DNA of 64,000 nucleotides from a virus (Duplodnaviria > Caudoviricetes). Position numbers and translations under genes: made by a program. Location: positions 72,731 through 136,730 of IMG/VR virus record IMGVR_UViG_3300035499_000522. One strand, given 5' to 3'. Below, one piece after another: positions 1-12,627 of this stretch. Under the pieces are notes generated by a model that was not told the DNA's origin, searched no databases, and saw nothing but the letters and a program-made list of their open reading frames with translations. Numbering within the stretch: the first letter of the stretch is position 1; each line of letters opens with the position of its first letter.

Positions 1-300
1 TACACTGGACTTCAATATAAGAAATTCGCACCAAAGTATACTTTTTTTATGTAGTGGGAAAAAACACACGATAATGATTATTATATAAGATGTTTTAATG
101 AGCAAGTATTAAATAAGCTTAATATTGAAATAGTAAAACAAGATTTATTAAAATTAATTTCTACTATTGACAATTATCAAGAGAAAGAGATATGTCTATT
201 ATGCTATGAAAAACCATCTGATTTTTGTCATAGGCATTTGGTTGCGAAATGGCTAAATGACAATGGAATTGAATGTAAAGAATGGGAGAAAAATAAATGA
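1..300 (+). CDS. DUF488-like protein, 5' truncated; one in-frame TAG at 52-54
   Basis: Frame 1 reads ...ICLLCYEKPSDFCHRHLVAKWL... (LLCYE...CHR motif of DUF488) and ends at TGA 298-300, overlapping the next ATG. Confidence 0.7.
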
Positions 301-2093
301 AATATTAGCTAATTAATTAGTATGACAACTAGCCATCTACTCTTGAATTGATTTTTATGAATAGAGGAATAAAGTAGAATGAAATTTAGGATTATATAAA
401 TACAACAGATGAAGATATAAATTCACCTTTATTATTGGGTGAAGAAAATCTAAAAAGTGCGGTAGCTATTTTATTCAAAGCAGTAAAGAATAGTGAGCAA
501 GCTATAATCATTGTTGACCCAGATGCAGATGGATTCACAGCTTCCGCTACTTTAATTAATTATCTTCATAACATATGTCCTTCTTGGATAGAAAATAATC
601 TTTAGCTTTATTTTCATACAGGAAAATAGCATGGACTAGATGATTGTATAGATTATATTCTTGAAAATAATTTTTCTTTGGTTTTAATTCCAGATGCGGG
701 AAGTAATGACTATGAGCAGCATAAACTCTTAAAAGAAAGAGGAATCCCCGCAATAGTATTTGACCATCACGAAGCTGAAAAAATTAGTGAGGATGCTATA
801 ATAATTAATAATTAGTTAAGTGATTATCCTAATAAATTTTTATCAGGTGTTGGAATAACATGGTAGTTCTGCCGCTATGTAGATAAAATAATCAATAAAA
901 GCTATGCAGATTAGTATTTAGACCTTGTGGCACTTGGTAACTGTGCAGATATGATGAGCCTTACTTCAAAAGAAACAAAACATATTATTAATAAAGGATT
1001 TAAACAAATTAATAATCCTTTCATTAAATATATGGCAGACAAAAATAGCTATTCATTAGGTGATAAAGTAACGTCAATGGGTGCCGCCTTTTATATTGTC
1101 CCTTTTATCAATGCTATTGTAAGAAGTGGAACATAGGAAGAAAAAATCTTAATATTCAATTCAATGCTTGAATACAAAGCTTATAATAAAATTCCTTCAA
1201 ATAAGAGAGGACATAAACTTGGTGAAGAAGAAGAATTAGTTGTACAAGCTATTAGAACTGCTATTAATGTAAAAAATAGATAGACAAAAGAACAAGATGC
1301 AAGTATGGAATTTATTGAAAGCAGAATAGAAAAAGATAATATGCTTGAACATAAAGTGTTATTATTTTTATTAGAAGGCGGAGAAGTGAAGAAGAATTTA
1401 GCTGGGTTAGTAGCTAATAAAATTATGGCTAAATATTAGCATCCTTGTTGTATTCTTACTAAAGCTGCTTCTGTTCCTGATGAATCAATTCCGCCTTGGG
1501 AAGATTAGCCAACTACTATTTCTTATTAGGGTTCTGCAAGAGGATGCGATATTGCGGGAGTTTCTGAATTTAAAGATATATGTGAAAATACTGGATGTAT
1601 ATCTTGGGCTTTTGGTCACTAGGGAGCTTTTGGTTTATCTCTTCCCGCTGATAATATTGATAAATTTGTTGCCGCAACTGATGAAGCTTTAAAAGATATG
1701 TCCTCTTAGCCTATATATTATGTTGATTGTATTTATGATGGCGATAATATAAATCCAAATGATATATTAGAAATTGCTTAGCTTGATGACTTTTGGGGAA
1801 AAGATTTTGATGAACCTTATATAGCAATAAAAGATTTAAAGATAACAGCAAATATGGTTACAATTTATAGAAAAACTACTAATACAATAAAGATTAGTTT
1901 ATCAAACAATATAGATTTAATAATGTTTAAAGCATCAGAAGATGATTGCGATATTTTTCAAACAACTAATACAGGATACACAAAAGTGGATATAATAGGT
2001 TAGTGTAGAATAAATGAATGGAATGGCAACGTGTCACCGCAAATAGAAATAATTGATTATAATATAGTCACTTCAAGTAAATATGACTTCTAA
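297..2093 (+). CDS. recJ: RecJ-like DHH/DHHA1 single-stranded DNA exonuclease (598 aa with TAG=Gln)
   Basis: One frame ATG297 to TAA2093 with ~19 in-frame TAG. Motifs IIVDPDADGFTAS, GK(Q)HGL, PDAGS, VFDHHE, ALGNCADMM, GH(Q)GAFG. Confidence 0.9.
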
Positions 2094-2134
2094 TATGCAG
2101 CAGGTGGCAGGGCTGCAAACCAACGTTTCTGGGA

Positions 2135-2173
2135 ATAAAAAGAGGATTTTGAATTTTTTTATTCCCATTTTTC
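2135..2173 (+). terminator. Rho-independent terminator-like hairpin after recJ
   Basis: GGGAATAAAAA...TTTTTATTCCC stem (approximate start) followed by a T-run. Confidence 0.5.
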
Positions 2174-2177
2174 TTTG

Positions 2178-2206
2178 TTGAAAAATTCTATAATTTATGT
2201 TATAAT
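2178..2206 (+). promoter_or_regulatory. sigmaA/sigma70-type promoter
   Basis: TTGAAA-17 nt-TATAAT with extended -10 TG. Confidence 0.7.
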
Positions 2207-2233
2207 TATTATAGAAATAAAAGGAGAAAAATA

Positions 2234-2473
2234 ATGGACAGTGCTGAATTATCTAATTTTGAATTTTTAGATGCTATTACTATTGTTGGCTTCTTGGCTC
2301 AACTTGATAATATGGACAAAGATGAGAAAGAAACAGATTACATTCACAAAGTAATTGATTCAATAGCTAACGAAATAGAAAAATTACATAAAGAAAATGA
2401 AATAATAATTGAATAGAATAATAAAATATTGAAGTTATTAGGAAGAAGTGAGGAATATGGAGCTAACGAATAA
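2234..2473 (+). CDS. hypothetical protein (reads through TAG 2414-2416 to TAA)
   Basis: AAGGAG SD upstream; coiled-coil-like C-terminus; overlaps the helicase start. Confidence 0.65.
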
Positions 2474-3635
2474 GCAAGAGCAAGGACTAAAAGCGGTATT
2501 AACCAAGTATAAAAATCATTGTAAATATGCAGTGGTATCTGGCTATGCAGGTGCAGGTAAGTCGACATTAGTACGTTTCATCGTAGAAGCTTTGGATGTG
2601 GATGAAGATAAGGTAGCTTATGGCTGCTATACAGGTAAAGCCGCAGAAGTTTTGCGTAAAAAAGGAAATAAAAATGCTATGACTTTACATAAGCTATTGT
2701 ATGATAGTATTCCAAAGGCGGGCGGTGGCTTCTTCCGCAAACCAAAAGTATCTTTGGAATATAACATAGTAATTGTAGATGAGGTTTCTATGGTACCTAA
2801 ATCTATGGTAGACCTATTGCTAAGTTATAGGGTTTTTGTTATTTTCTTAGGTGACCCCTTTCAGCTGAGCCAGCTTGATAGAAACGACGCACATCAGCTT
2901 TTGGATACCCCTGATATATTCTTGGATGAAGTAATGCGTCAAGCTAAAGAATCTGAAATTATACGTTTAACTATGAAAATAAGAAATATGGAAAAATTTA
3001 ATTCTACTGACCAAGAAGAAGTAATGATTATTCCAAAAGAAGATTTATCAACTGGACATATGAAGTGGGCAGATATAATTCTTTGTGCTACTAATAATAC
3101 AAGACATATGATGAATACTCAAATGCGAGAAATACTTGGATATAGTGGAGATATTCAAACAGGAGAAAGAATAATTATAAAACGAAACTATTGGGAAGAG
3201 TGTAACCTAGATGGAGATGCCCTTGTTAATGGTTCTATTGGTACAATAGAAAATCCATTTGAAAGCTTTGTTCAACTTCCAAGAACCATAAAAAATGACA
3301 GACGTAATTTGCCTTTGTATTGTTGCAACTTTATTCCAGATGGCGGCAGCCCCTTTAATAATTTGGATATTGATAAAGATTTTCTTTTAACAGGGCAGCC
3401 TTGCGTTGACTGGAGAGTATCTTATCAACTGGGAAGAATGAAGCCAAGTATGAGTGACATTCTCCCAAAGCAAGCTACTTACGGCTATGCACTTACCGTG
3501 CATTCCGCTCAAGGTAGTTAGTGGGATAAAGTTCTAGTAATAGAAGAAAGTTTTCCTTTTGATAAAAAAGAGCACGCCAGATGGCTTTATACAGCTTGTA
3601 CAAGAGCAGTTTCTCGTCTTGTTCTTGTAAGATAA
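2457..3635 (+). CDS. SF1B helicase (Dda/RecD-like)
   Basis: Walker A GYAGAGKS, Walker B IVDEVSMV, GDPFQL. Motif V/VI HSAQGS(Q)WDKV...LYTACTRA is only completed by reading TAG 3519-3521 as sense; TAA at 3633-3635. Confidence 0.9.
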
Positions 3636-3651
3636 GAATTGGAGAAATATT

Positions 3652-3918
3652 ATGACTAACAATGAAATTTTAGATAAATATAATTCTAAAGAAATAAATT
3701 GTATTTATGGATTTATGTATGGACATAAATATATTAATACTTTTGATAAAGGATTAATTCCTGATAAAATTATTAAAATTAATAAAAAAGATTTACAATT
3801 AGGTATAAAAAATGATTGCTTTGTTTATGTTTGGGGATACCCGGGTCCAGATGCAAATATTTATAAATTTGAAGATTATGGAGAAACTTGGGCTTTTACA
3901 AAAAAGGAGCTAATATGA
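3652..3918 (+). CDS. hypothetical protein
   Basis: GGAG SD; operonic spacing. Confidence 0.65.
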   Translation: MTNNEILDKYNSKEINCIYGFMYGHKYINTFDKGLIPDKIIKINKKDLQLGIKNDCFVYVWGYPGPDANIYKFEDYGETWAFTKKELI

Positions 3919-4139
3919 CTGAATTAGAAAATTTTATATATGATATAATGCGAATGAATGAAATAAAAGAAATGCCTATGCACATAAAACGTAAGGTATA
4001 TAAAATTTATAAATCAAGATTATTTGATAAATTGGAAAATGAAATGTCTAAAATACTTGAAGATAATTATAATAATTACTTTAATAGTTTTGCTAATGTA
4101 AATGATATATCTTTAGGTATTCCTGCGACTTTTAATTGA
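3915..4139 (+). CDS. hypothetical protein
   Basis: AAGGAG SD before ATG 3915; overlaps the previous stop. Confidence 0.6.
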   Translation: MTELENFIYDIMRMNEIKEMPMHIKRKVYKIYKSRLFDKLENEMSKILEDNYNNYFNSFANVNDISLGIPATFN

Positions 4140-4164
4140 AAAATAATATAAAAAATGTTATAAT
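4136..4164 (+). promoter_or_regulatory. sigmaA-type promoter for the polymerase operon
   Basis: TTGAAA-17-TATAAT with TG extension. Confidence 0.7.
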
Positions 4165-4217
4165 TATAATATAAGAAATGTAATTATAACATTTTTAATT
4201 TGAAGAAGGTGAAGCTT

Positions 4218-7200
4218 ATGACCTACCCCGGTAGTATCCATAATCATACTCAAATGTCGAACTTTCGCTTGAGAGATTGCATCATAAAGGAAGAAGATTT
4301 AATCAATAGGGCAATTGAATTAAATCATTCTGTGTTGGCTATCACTGACCATGAATCAATAGCTGCCGCAGTTAGAGTAGAAAAGTTATATAAGAAAGTT
4401 AAAGAAAAAAATATCCCATTGAAAATAATTATGGGAAACGAGATTTATTTATGTAGAGATGGCTTAAATAATGAAACTTATGTCCATGGAGAAGATAGGT
4501 ATTATCATTTTATTCTTTTGAGTAAAGACTTAATTGGTTTTCAACAAATATGTGAACTTTCTACTCGTGCGTGGATGCGTAGCTATAAAAGTAGAGGTAT
4601 TAGAAGAGTTCCTACATATTATCAAGATATTGTAGAAGTGATTGGGGCGAATCCCGGTCATGTTATTGGAACAACCGCCTGTTTAGGTGGAATGTTGGCA
4701 ACTCAGCTTCTTAAATATAGGGAAACAGAAGATGAAGTTTTGTGGAAAAAAATTCTTAATTGGTGTAATTTAATGAAGAATACATTTGGCGGCAAAGATT
4801 ATTTCTATCTTGAATTACAGCCTTCTGAATCAAAAGAGCAAAGTTACGTCAATAGAAAATTAATTGAAATTTCTTCAATATTAGACATAGATTATATTAT
4901 AACAACGGATACACATTATTTAACCAAAGAAGATAGACCTATCCATAAAGCTTATTTAAATTCACAAGATGGCGATAGAGAAGTCGATTCTTTTTATGCA
5001 ACAACTTATCTTATGGATACAGAAGAACTTGAATCTCATTTAGAGCTTTCAAGAGAAGAATTAGATAAGGCTTATAATAACATTTTAAAAATTCAAAATC
5101 TTTGTGAAGATTATTCAATATTAAAGCCTTTAAAAATTCCAAGCTTAAAATGGAATGATTATAGTTACATTGACGTTACAGAAGATTGGTTTGAAAAAAT
5201 TCCTTATTTAAGAACTTTTTACAATTCAGATTTTATTGGAGATAGAGTCTTAGTAAAAGCAACAATAGATGGAATTAATAAGCATTATGATTTGCAGAAT
5301 AAAGAAGCATATAATGAAATAAATAGCAATCTTGAAATGACTTGGATTTCATCTAATGTAAACAAAGCACATTGGTCAGCTTATTATCTTAATCTTCAAA
5401 AAATAATTGATTTGTGTTGGGAAGCAGATTCAATCGTAGGTCCGGGACGTGGCTCTGGCGTTGGTTTTATTCTTCTTTATGCTTTAGGAATTACGCAAAT
5501 TAATCCTTTGCGGGAAACTACAAAGACATTCTCTTGGAGATTCCTTAACCCAGAGCGTGTATCAGTATTGGATATAGATTTTGATATTGAAGGTTCTAAG
5601 AGAGATGCTGTTCTTCATAAGTTTAGAGAATTTTACGGTGAAGATAGAGTAGCAAATGTTACAACATTCAGAACAGAAAAATCAAAATCAGCAATACTTA
5701 CTGCCGCAAGAGGATTAGGAATTGATAACGATACGGCTCAGTATCTTGCAAGTTTAATTCCCTCAGATAGAGGACAGTTAAGAACTTTAAAAGAAGTTTA
5801 TTATGGAGATGTCGAAAAAGATTTCAAACCTGTTTCAGCTTTTGTTAATGCTATGAATAATGAGTATCAAGATTTATGGCAAGTAGCACAAAAGATTGAA
5901 GGATTAATATGCGGAACTGGTGTACACGCAGGTGGAGTAATTTTTGTAGATGAGCCTTTTACATTATCTACTGCATTAATGAGGGCACCAGATGGTACTA
6001 TTTGTACACAGTTTGACCTCCACGATGCAGAAGATGTGAGCCTTATTAAGTATGACGCACTTTCAGTCGAGGCTATGGATAAAATACACGCTTGCTTAGA
6101 TTTGCTTTGTGAACATAATTATATAGCAAAAGAAAAAACATTAAAAGAAACTTATGAAAAAGCTATTGGAATATATAAGTTGGATAGAGATTCCGAAGAT
6201 ATGTGGGAAATGATTTGGAATCATAAAGTGCTTGACTTGTTCCAAATGGAAAAACAAAGCGGCGTTCAAGGTATCGCATTGGCTAAGCCAAAAAGTGTAA
6301 ATGATTTAAGTGTACTTAATTCAGTTATTCGATTAATGGCACCTGATAAAGATAGTGATACTCCTTTGGTAACTTGGTCTAAGTACAGAGAGAATATTAA
6401 TCTTTGGATAGCTGAAATGAGAAGATATGGATTATCAGAAGACGAAATAGATTGGCTTAGTCATCATTCTGCTGTAACACAAGGCATCTGTGAATCACAA
6501 GAAGGACTGATGCAACTCGTACAAGAGCCAAGATTAGGCGGCAATTCATTGAATTTTGCTGACCGTTGCCGCAAAGGCATAGCTAAAAAACAAGGCAAAT
6601 TATTTCAAGAATGTGAAGATGAATTTTACGAGAATATAAAAAAGAATAATTGTTCTGAGAAACTTGCACATTATGTTTGGGATGAATTACTCAAGGTACA
6701 GCGTGGCTACTCGTTTAACAGGTTGTTGTGGCCTGTACAAGCTTAACCGTTTATCAACGGGGTTAGAAATAATTAGGTATTGGTAGTACCTGTTTCTAGC
6801 TAACGAGGGTAAAATCTCGTGTCAAATGAAAAGTAAATTAAATAAATAAGAAAGGAGGAATTTTATGGTTATTTATAAGATGACTAATAAAATTAATGGA
6901 AAATGTTATATTGGTCAAACTAAGAATTTTAAAATTAGAATGAATGGACATAAATCAGAAGCTTTCAATCCTAATGCAGTAGGATATAAATATCCATTAT
7001 CTAATGCAATTAGAAAATATGGGTGGGAAAATTTTGAGAATACTATTATTGAAGAAATTGACCCAACAGAATCTTACGAATATGTAGATGAAAGGGAAAG
7101 ATTTTATATATCTTATTATAAGTCTTTATCTAATGAAAATGGATATAATATTACTCTTGGAGGACAAGGATGTCCAAAAAAACCCTTAACATATGAAGAA

Positions 7201-9282
7201 CGCCTTCAATTAAGTAATATATTTAAAGCTGATGAAATTAAAGATATTCAACAAATGCTTAAAAATGGAGAACAAACAACCACTATTCGAGAAAAATATT
7301 ATCCAAGACTTTCTGTAAGTTTTCTTGATAATATTAACAAAGGATTAAATTTTAGAAATAAAGAATGGACATATCCACTTCGTGCAGAAGATATATCTCG
7401 TTCTAATTATTTTACTTCTCAAGAAATAAAAGATATTAAACAAGATATTAAAGACAATATGACTTATAAAGAAATTTCTGAGAAATGGAATATAAGTTTA
7501 GGAATGCTTTCTGGTATTAATAATGGTTCTATTTGGCATGATAATAATGAAAAATATCCTTTATGTATAAAGAGTCATTCTAGAAAACAAAATCTTGAAA
7601 CTTGGGTTAAATCAGTTCAATATGATTTAATGAATAGTAATTTACCTATGACAGAAATTGCTAAAAAATATGATAAAGCATATAGCACAATTAAAAAAAT
7701 AAATTATGGTCAATCGCACCATAATCCTGAATATCTTTATCCTTTAACTAAAAATAGAAAAAACTAATTTACTTTTCAAAATGATGTATCGACTATCTGG
7801 GGTTAGACCCAGAGTACTGGAACTATTGATACGTTCTGGGAAATAGCTTGCGGCCCACGAGCCAAACTACCAAATTGACTCGTCATAGAAAGGCTGTAAA
7901 AAATAGTCAGTTTTTAACAAAATGCACACTGCCTCGCTTACTCTCTGGTTGGTCTGCAAGAAATGAATTTAGCTTATAAAAATCCAACTTTATTTTGGAA
8001 TTGTGCGTGTCTAATATCTAATAGTGGTTCTCTTGAAGATAAAGGAACTACTGATTATAATAAAATGGCTAAGGCATTGGGCAATATTATTTCCGCAGGA
8101 ATTAACATATCTTTGATAGATATTAATAAATCAAAAGCAAGTTTTGAACCAAATGTTGAAGATAATAAAATTCTTTTTGGTTTAAAAGCATTAAGTGGAA
8201 TTAACTCTGAAACTATTGAAAAAATAGAACAAGGTCGTCCATATAGTGGAATAGTAGATTTTATGCGACGTTGCCCCCTTACAAAGACAACTATGATTTC
8301 CCTTATTAAAGCAGGAGCTTTTGATGAATTAGATAATCATTGGGCTTCTGAAATTAACAAAAAAGAACCAAGAAAAGTTATTATGGCTTATTATATTTCA
8401 AAAGTAAGTGAGCCAAAAACAAGAATAACATTACAAAATTTCAATGGATTGATTCAAAGAGGACTTATCCCAGAAGAATTGTCACCAGTAGTTAAAGTAT
8501 TTAGTTTCAATAAATTTTTAAAAGAACATATGAAGTATAAAACTTATTATATATTCAATAGCACTTGTCTTAAATATTATTCAGATAATTTCAGTCAAGA
8601 GAAAATAGAAATTGTAAATGGCAATCCTTGTATTCTTCAAACTGAATGGGATAAAATATATCAGAATGAAATGAACAAAGCAAGAGAATGGATAAGTAAT
8701 AATCAAGCAGAAATACTTAAAAATCTTAATATGTCTTTGTTCAAAGAATCTTGGGATAAATATGCTTCAGGAAGCATTTCACATTGGGAAATGGAATCTG
8801 TATGTTTCTATTATCACGAGCACGAACTCATTAATGTAAATAATAAAAAATATGGTATAGTAGATTTTTCAAGTCTTTCCGCAGATTCAGAAGTAGAAAA
8901 AACATTTAGAAAAAATGGCAGAAGTATTCCTATTTTTAAACTTTCTAAAATAGCAGGTACAGTTATTAGTAAAGATGATAATCATTCCACAGTAACTTTA
9001 TTAACAACAACAGGAGTAGTTGATGTAAAATTTTCAAAAGAATATTATGCAAATTACAATAAACAAATTTCAGAAAAAAATGATGACGGTACTAAATCAG
9101 TAGTTGAAAAAAGTTGGTTTAAACGTGGTGAAAAACTTTTGATTACAGGATTTAGAAGAGATGAGCAATTTGTAGCAAAAACATATGCGGCAACTATTGG
9201 ACATCAGCTTTATAAAATAACAGACATTAATGAAGAAACTGGCGATATTACAGTAATACATGAAAGGGCGGAAGTAGCTTAA
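4218..9282 (+). CDS. dnaE: DNA polymerase III alpha subunit (DnaE-type); exon 1 4218-6723, exon 2 7925-9282
   Basis: PHP motifs HNHT, AITDH, TTDTHY; GPGRGSG; catalytic DIDFD; HAGG. Splicing restores GYSFNRSHCLAYS. OB-fold C-terminus. No in-frame TAG. Confidence 0.93.
6724..7924 (+). ncRNA. group I intron in dnaE
   Basis: Exon end ACAGGU pairs with IGS GCCUGU (U.G at 6723). P7-type GACUA (~7791) / AUAGUC (~7903) elements. Terminal G 7924. Removal gives in-frame N-R-S-H. Confidence 0.9.
6865..7767 (+). CDS. intron-encoded GIY-YIG homing endonuclease
   Basis: VIYKMTNKINGKCYIGQT...R...H, ERE, GYN motifs, followed by repeated HTH-like DNA-binding segments; AAGGAGG SD. Confidence 0.9.
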   Translation: MVIYKMTNKINGKCYIGQTKNFKIRMNGHKSEAFNPNAVGYKYPLSNAIRKYGWENFENTIIEEIDPTESYEYVDERERFYISYYKSLSNENGYNITLGGQGCPKKPLTYEERLQLSNIFKADEIKDIQQMLKNGEQTTTIREKYYPRLSVSFLDNINKGLNFRNKEWTYPLRAEDISRSNYFTSQEIKDIKQDIKDNMTYKEISEKWNISLGMLSGINNGSIWHDNNEKYPLCIKSHSRKQNLETWVKSVQYDLMNSNLPMTEIAKKYDKAYSTIKKINYGQSHHNPEYLYPLTKNRKN

Positions 9283-9836
9283 TGGAGGAATGTAAACTTA
9301 TAGCTTTATTTGGTGAAAGTGGCTCTGGCAAGGATACTATTCTTAAAAAAGTTATGGATTATGACGAAGAAACTGGACTTCATAAATTCCATAAAATAGT
9401 TAAATATACATCAAGACCCAAAAGACTTGGAGAGATAGATGGAGAGGACTACATATTCCGTAGTCCCAATATCTTTCCTTTTGAACAAATGGTAGCAACT
9501 TCAACTTTTAATAAAGATTGGTATTATGGAGTTAATAATAATAGCTTTAAAAATGATAAAATAAATATTGGAGTATTTGATATTACAACTATTGAACAAC
9601 TTATAGAAAATACTAATTATAAAATCTCACCAGTAAGAATTAAATGTAAAGATGAAATAAGATTAACAAGAGCCATTAAAAGAGAAGAACATCCAAATTG
9701 TGTAGAAATATGCAGAAGATTTTTGGCAGATAAAGAAGATTTTAACAATTTAACTTTTAATTATTGGACAATGTATAATAATAATACTCAAGATTTAAAG
9801 CTAACAGTAACAGATTTATATAATTTCTTTGATTAA
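9282..9836 (+). CDS. gmk: guanylate kinase-like nucleotide kinase
   Basis: GESGSGKDT P-loop; YTSRPKRLGEIDGEDYIF; WYYG. Confidence 0.85.
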   Translation: MEECKLIALFGESGSGKDTILKKVMDYDEETGLHKFHKIVKYTSRPKRLGEIDGEDYIFRSPNIFPFEQMVATSTFNKDWYYGVNNNSFKNDKINIGVFDITTIEQLIENTNYKISPVRIKCKDEIRLTRAIKREEHPNCVEICRRFLADKEDFNNLTFNYWTMYNNNTQDLKLTVTDLYNFFD

Positions 9837-9920
9837 AAAGTTATTTATAATATAAACCTATTTTGGAGGAAGTAACTCTCCTTCACTGGTTAATCCAAAA
9901 CAAACAAGGAGTTAAAAATT

Positions 9921-12083
9921 ATGTATTTTATTAAAGAAAATGGAACAAAAGTAAAATTTGACAAAAGCAAAATCAAAAAAGCCATAATTGCGGCAATGCG
10001 TGATGGCGGTGTTTATCTGCCTGATATTGCTCGTATCATAGCTAATGATTCGGAAGCTTATTTTCAGAAGAACTATCCAATAGATAATGATGGAAGTATT
10101 TCAGTAACAAGAGAACAAGTTGATAAGTATATTTTTGATAGACTTATTCATTATGGGCAAAATTTGACAGCAAAATCTTATGAGGACTTTAAGACATTAA
10201 GAAAATATCAAAAGCAAGTAATGGATACTGATGAATCTATTATTAGCTTAATTGAAAATAAAAATGAATTAGTTCAAGATGAAAATTCTAATAAAGATGC
10301 TAAAGTCAATTCAACAGTAAGAGATTTAGTTGCAGGAGAAATTTCTAAATCTATTTCTCGTAGAAAAATGATTCCCGCCCATCTTATTCACGCACACGAT
10401 GAAGGTATTATTCATATTCATGACCTTGACTATTATCTTCAGCCAATGTCTAATTGCTGTCTTGTAAACATAAAAGATATGTTGAATAACGGAACAGTAA
10501 TTAATGGAGTTAAAGTAGAAAGACCTCATAGTATAAGAGTTGCTGCAACAGTAGCTACACAAATAATGGCGGCAGTTGCTTCCTCGCAGTTTGGAGGTCA
10601 GACAGTTTCCACTGCACATCTTGCTCCTTTTGTTAGAGAAAGCTATGTTAGATATCTTGAAGAAGCAAAAAAAGAATTAAATGATTTAAAAGATTATCCA
10701 GAATTTGAAAATACAGTAAAGAAAATTGCAGAATCACGTACAAAGAAAGCTGTATCAGATGCAGTACAAACTTTACAATATCAAATTAATACACTTTGTA
10801 CTTCCAATGGTCAAACACCTTTTGTTTCTATATATATGGAAATTAATGAAGAACCTGAATACGTAAAAGAAAATGCTATGCTAATTGAAGAAATTATTAA
10901 GCAGCGTTATCAAGGTTTAAAAGATAGAGAAGGTCACTGGATTACTGCTAGCTTTCCCAAGCTTTTATACGTCCTCGACGACTATAATACATATGAAGGT
11001 TCTGAATATTTTTATATTACAGAAGCAGCCGCAAAATGTAGTGCAAAAAGATTAGTTCCAGACTATATTAGTGCTAAGCAAATGAGAAAAAATACTGGCG
11101 GTTATGTGTACCCTTGTATGGGCTGCCGCAGCTTCTTATCACCTTGGTTTGATGAAAATGGCAATGCCAAATTCTACGGAAGATGGAACGGTGGAGTTGT
11201 AACAGTAAACTTAGTAGACGCTGCGTTATCAGCAGAAGGTGATTTAGACGAGTTCTGGAGAATCCTTAAAGATAGATGCCAGCTTTGTAAAGAATCTTTA
11301 CTTTTGAGAATTCAAAAGCTTGAAAAAGCAACTCCAGATGTTGCTCCTATTCTTTGGAGAGATGGAGCATTGGCTAGACTTAAAAAGGGAGAAACAATAG
11401 ATTCAATGACACAGAATGGCTATTGTTCTTTAAGTTTAGGATATATAGGAATTGCAGAAGCTTGCTATGCCCTTATTGGTGAAAGTAATACATCAGAAGA
11501 AGGTAGTAAGTTGGCTTTGGATATAATTAAATTTTTAAATAATTTATGTGCAGAGTGGAAAAAAGATACAGGATATGGATTCTCGTTATATGGCTCTCCT
11601 GCAGAATCTACTACATATACTTTTGCTAAAACAACTAAGAATCGCTTTGGCGAAATCCCTAATGTTACAGATAAATTATATCTTACCAATAGCTATCATG
11701 TAAAGGTTACTGAACCTATTGATGCTTTTTCTAAACTTAAATTTGAATCGCAATTTCAGAAATACTCTAATGGCGGTTGCATTTCATATGTAGAAATACC
11801 TAATATGCAGAACAATATTCCTGCTGTTATTCAATTAATTCAGTATATTTATGAAAATATTCAATATGCAGAATTAAATTGTAAATCTGATAAATGCGAA
11901 AACTGCGGCTATGAGGGAGAAATAATTACAGATGAAAATCTTGAATGGTATTGCCCACAGTGTGGATGCAAAGACCATGACTTAATCCACGTTGCACGAC
12001 GGACTTGTGGCTACTTGGGGTCAAATTTCTGGAATAAAGGTAGGACGCAGGAAATAACCGAGAGAGTTGTCCACTTAGACTGA
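9921..12083 (+). CDS. nrdD: anaerobic (class III) ribonucleoside-triphosphate reductase with N-terminal ATP cone
   Basis: ENSNKD, HIHDLDY, NCCL, SSQFGGQ, MGCRSFL, YLTNSYH, CxxC...CxxC and RRTCGYLG glycyl-radical motif. Confidence 0.95.
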   Translation: MYFIKENGTKVKFDKSKIKKAIIAAMRDGGVYLPDIARIIANDSEAYFQKNYPIDNDGSISVTREQVDKYIFDRLIHYGQNLTAKSYEDFKTLRKYQKQVMDTDESIISLIENKNELVQDENSNKDAKVNSTVRDLVAGEISKSISRRKMIPAHLIHAHDEGIIHIHDLDYYLQPMSNCCLVNIKDMLNNGTVINGVKVERPHSIRVAATVATQIMAAVASSQFGGQTVSTAHLAPFVRESYVRYLEEAKKELNDLKDYPEFENTVKKIAESRTKKAVSDAVQTLQYQINTLCTSNGQTPFVSIYMEINEEPEYVKENAMLIEEIIKQRYQGLKDREGHWITASFPKLLYVLDDYNTYEGSEYFYITEAAAKCSAKRLVPDYISAKQMRKNTGGYVYPCMGCRSFLSPWFDENGNAKFYGRWNGGVVTVNLVDAALSAEGDLDEFWRILKDRCQLCKESLLLRIQKLEKATPDVAPILWRDGALARLKKGETIDSMTQNGYCSLSLGYIGIAEACYALIGESNTSEEGSKLALDIIKFLNNLCAEWKKDTGYGFSLYGSPAESTTYTFAKTTKNRFGEIPNVTDKLYLTNSYHVKVTEPIDAFSKLKFESQFQKYSNGGCISYVEIPNMQNNIPAVIQLIQYIYENIQYAELNCKSDKCENCGYEGEIITDENLEWYCPQCGCKDHDLIHVARRTCGYLGSNFWNKGRTQEITERVVHLD

Positions 12084-12102
12084 GGTACAGGAGATATTAT
12101 CA

Positions 12103-12576
12103 ATGAGAATTGCAGGAATTAAATATAACGATATAGTAGATGGCGAAGGAGTATGTGTTTCACTTTGGACACAAGGCTGTGTCTTTCATTGCAAAGGATG
12201 CCATAACCCAGAAACTTGGGATTTTAATGGTGGAAAAGAAATAGATAAAGAAATTTTAATCAACAATATAATTACTGCAATATCAATTAATAATGTTCAG
12301 CGTAACTTTTCAATATTGGGCGGAGAACCCCTCTGCCCGCAAAACGCTGAAAATGTTATTGATATTATAACTGCTGTAAGAGAAAAATATCCAGATATAA
12401 AAATCTTCATATGGACTGGCTATAAATATGAAAATCTTCCTTCCGCAATTAAAGAAGGAATATCTAAAGTTGATTATATAATAGATGGACAGTATGAAGA
12501 AGATAAAAGAGATATTGCTCTTTATCTCAGAGGAAGCACTAATCAACGCATATTAAAAAGAAATATTGATTTTTAA
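12103..12576 (+). CDS. nrdG: anaerobic RNR activating enzyme (radical SAM)
   Basis: GCVFHCKGCHN (CxxxCxxC), GGEP, DGQY, LRGSTNQR. Confidence 0.95.
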   Translation: MRIAGIKYNDIVDGEGVCVSLWTQGCVFHCKGCHNPETWDFNGGKEIDKEILINNIITAISINNVQRNFSILGGEPLCPQNAENVIDIITAVREKYPDIKIFIWTGYKYENLPSAIKEGISKVDYIIDGQYEEDKRDIALYLRGSTNQRILKRNIDF

Positions 12577-12594
12577 AAATATTTATGTTATAAT
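12566..12594 (+). promoter_or_regulatory. sigmaA-type promoter
   Basis: TTGATT-17-TATAAT with TG extension. Confidence 0.6.
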
Positions 12595-12627
12595 ATATAT
12601 AGAAAAGATAAAAAAGGAGAAAAGAGA

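Noticed and set aside
2095-2135. tRNA-like or suppressor tRNA after recJ
   Set aside because: Only a short hairpin; no cloverleaf, T-loop or CCA. No tRNA-CUA was recognised anywhere in the window.
6724-7924. Intein or naturally split dnaE
   Set aside because: The insert has stop codons, its own SD-led ORF and group I RNA elements; no intein N/C-terminal motifs in frame.
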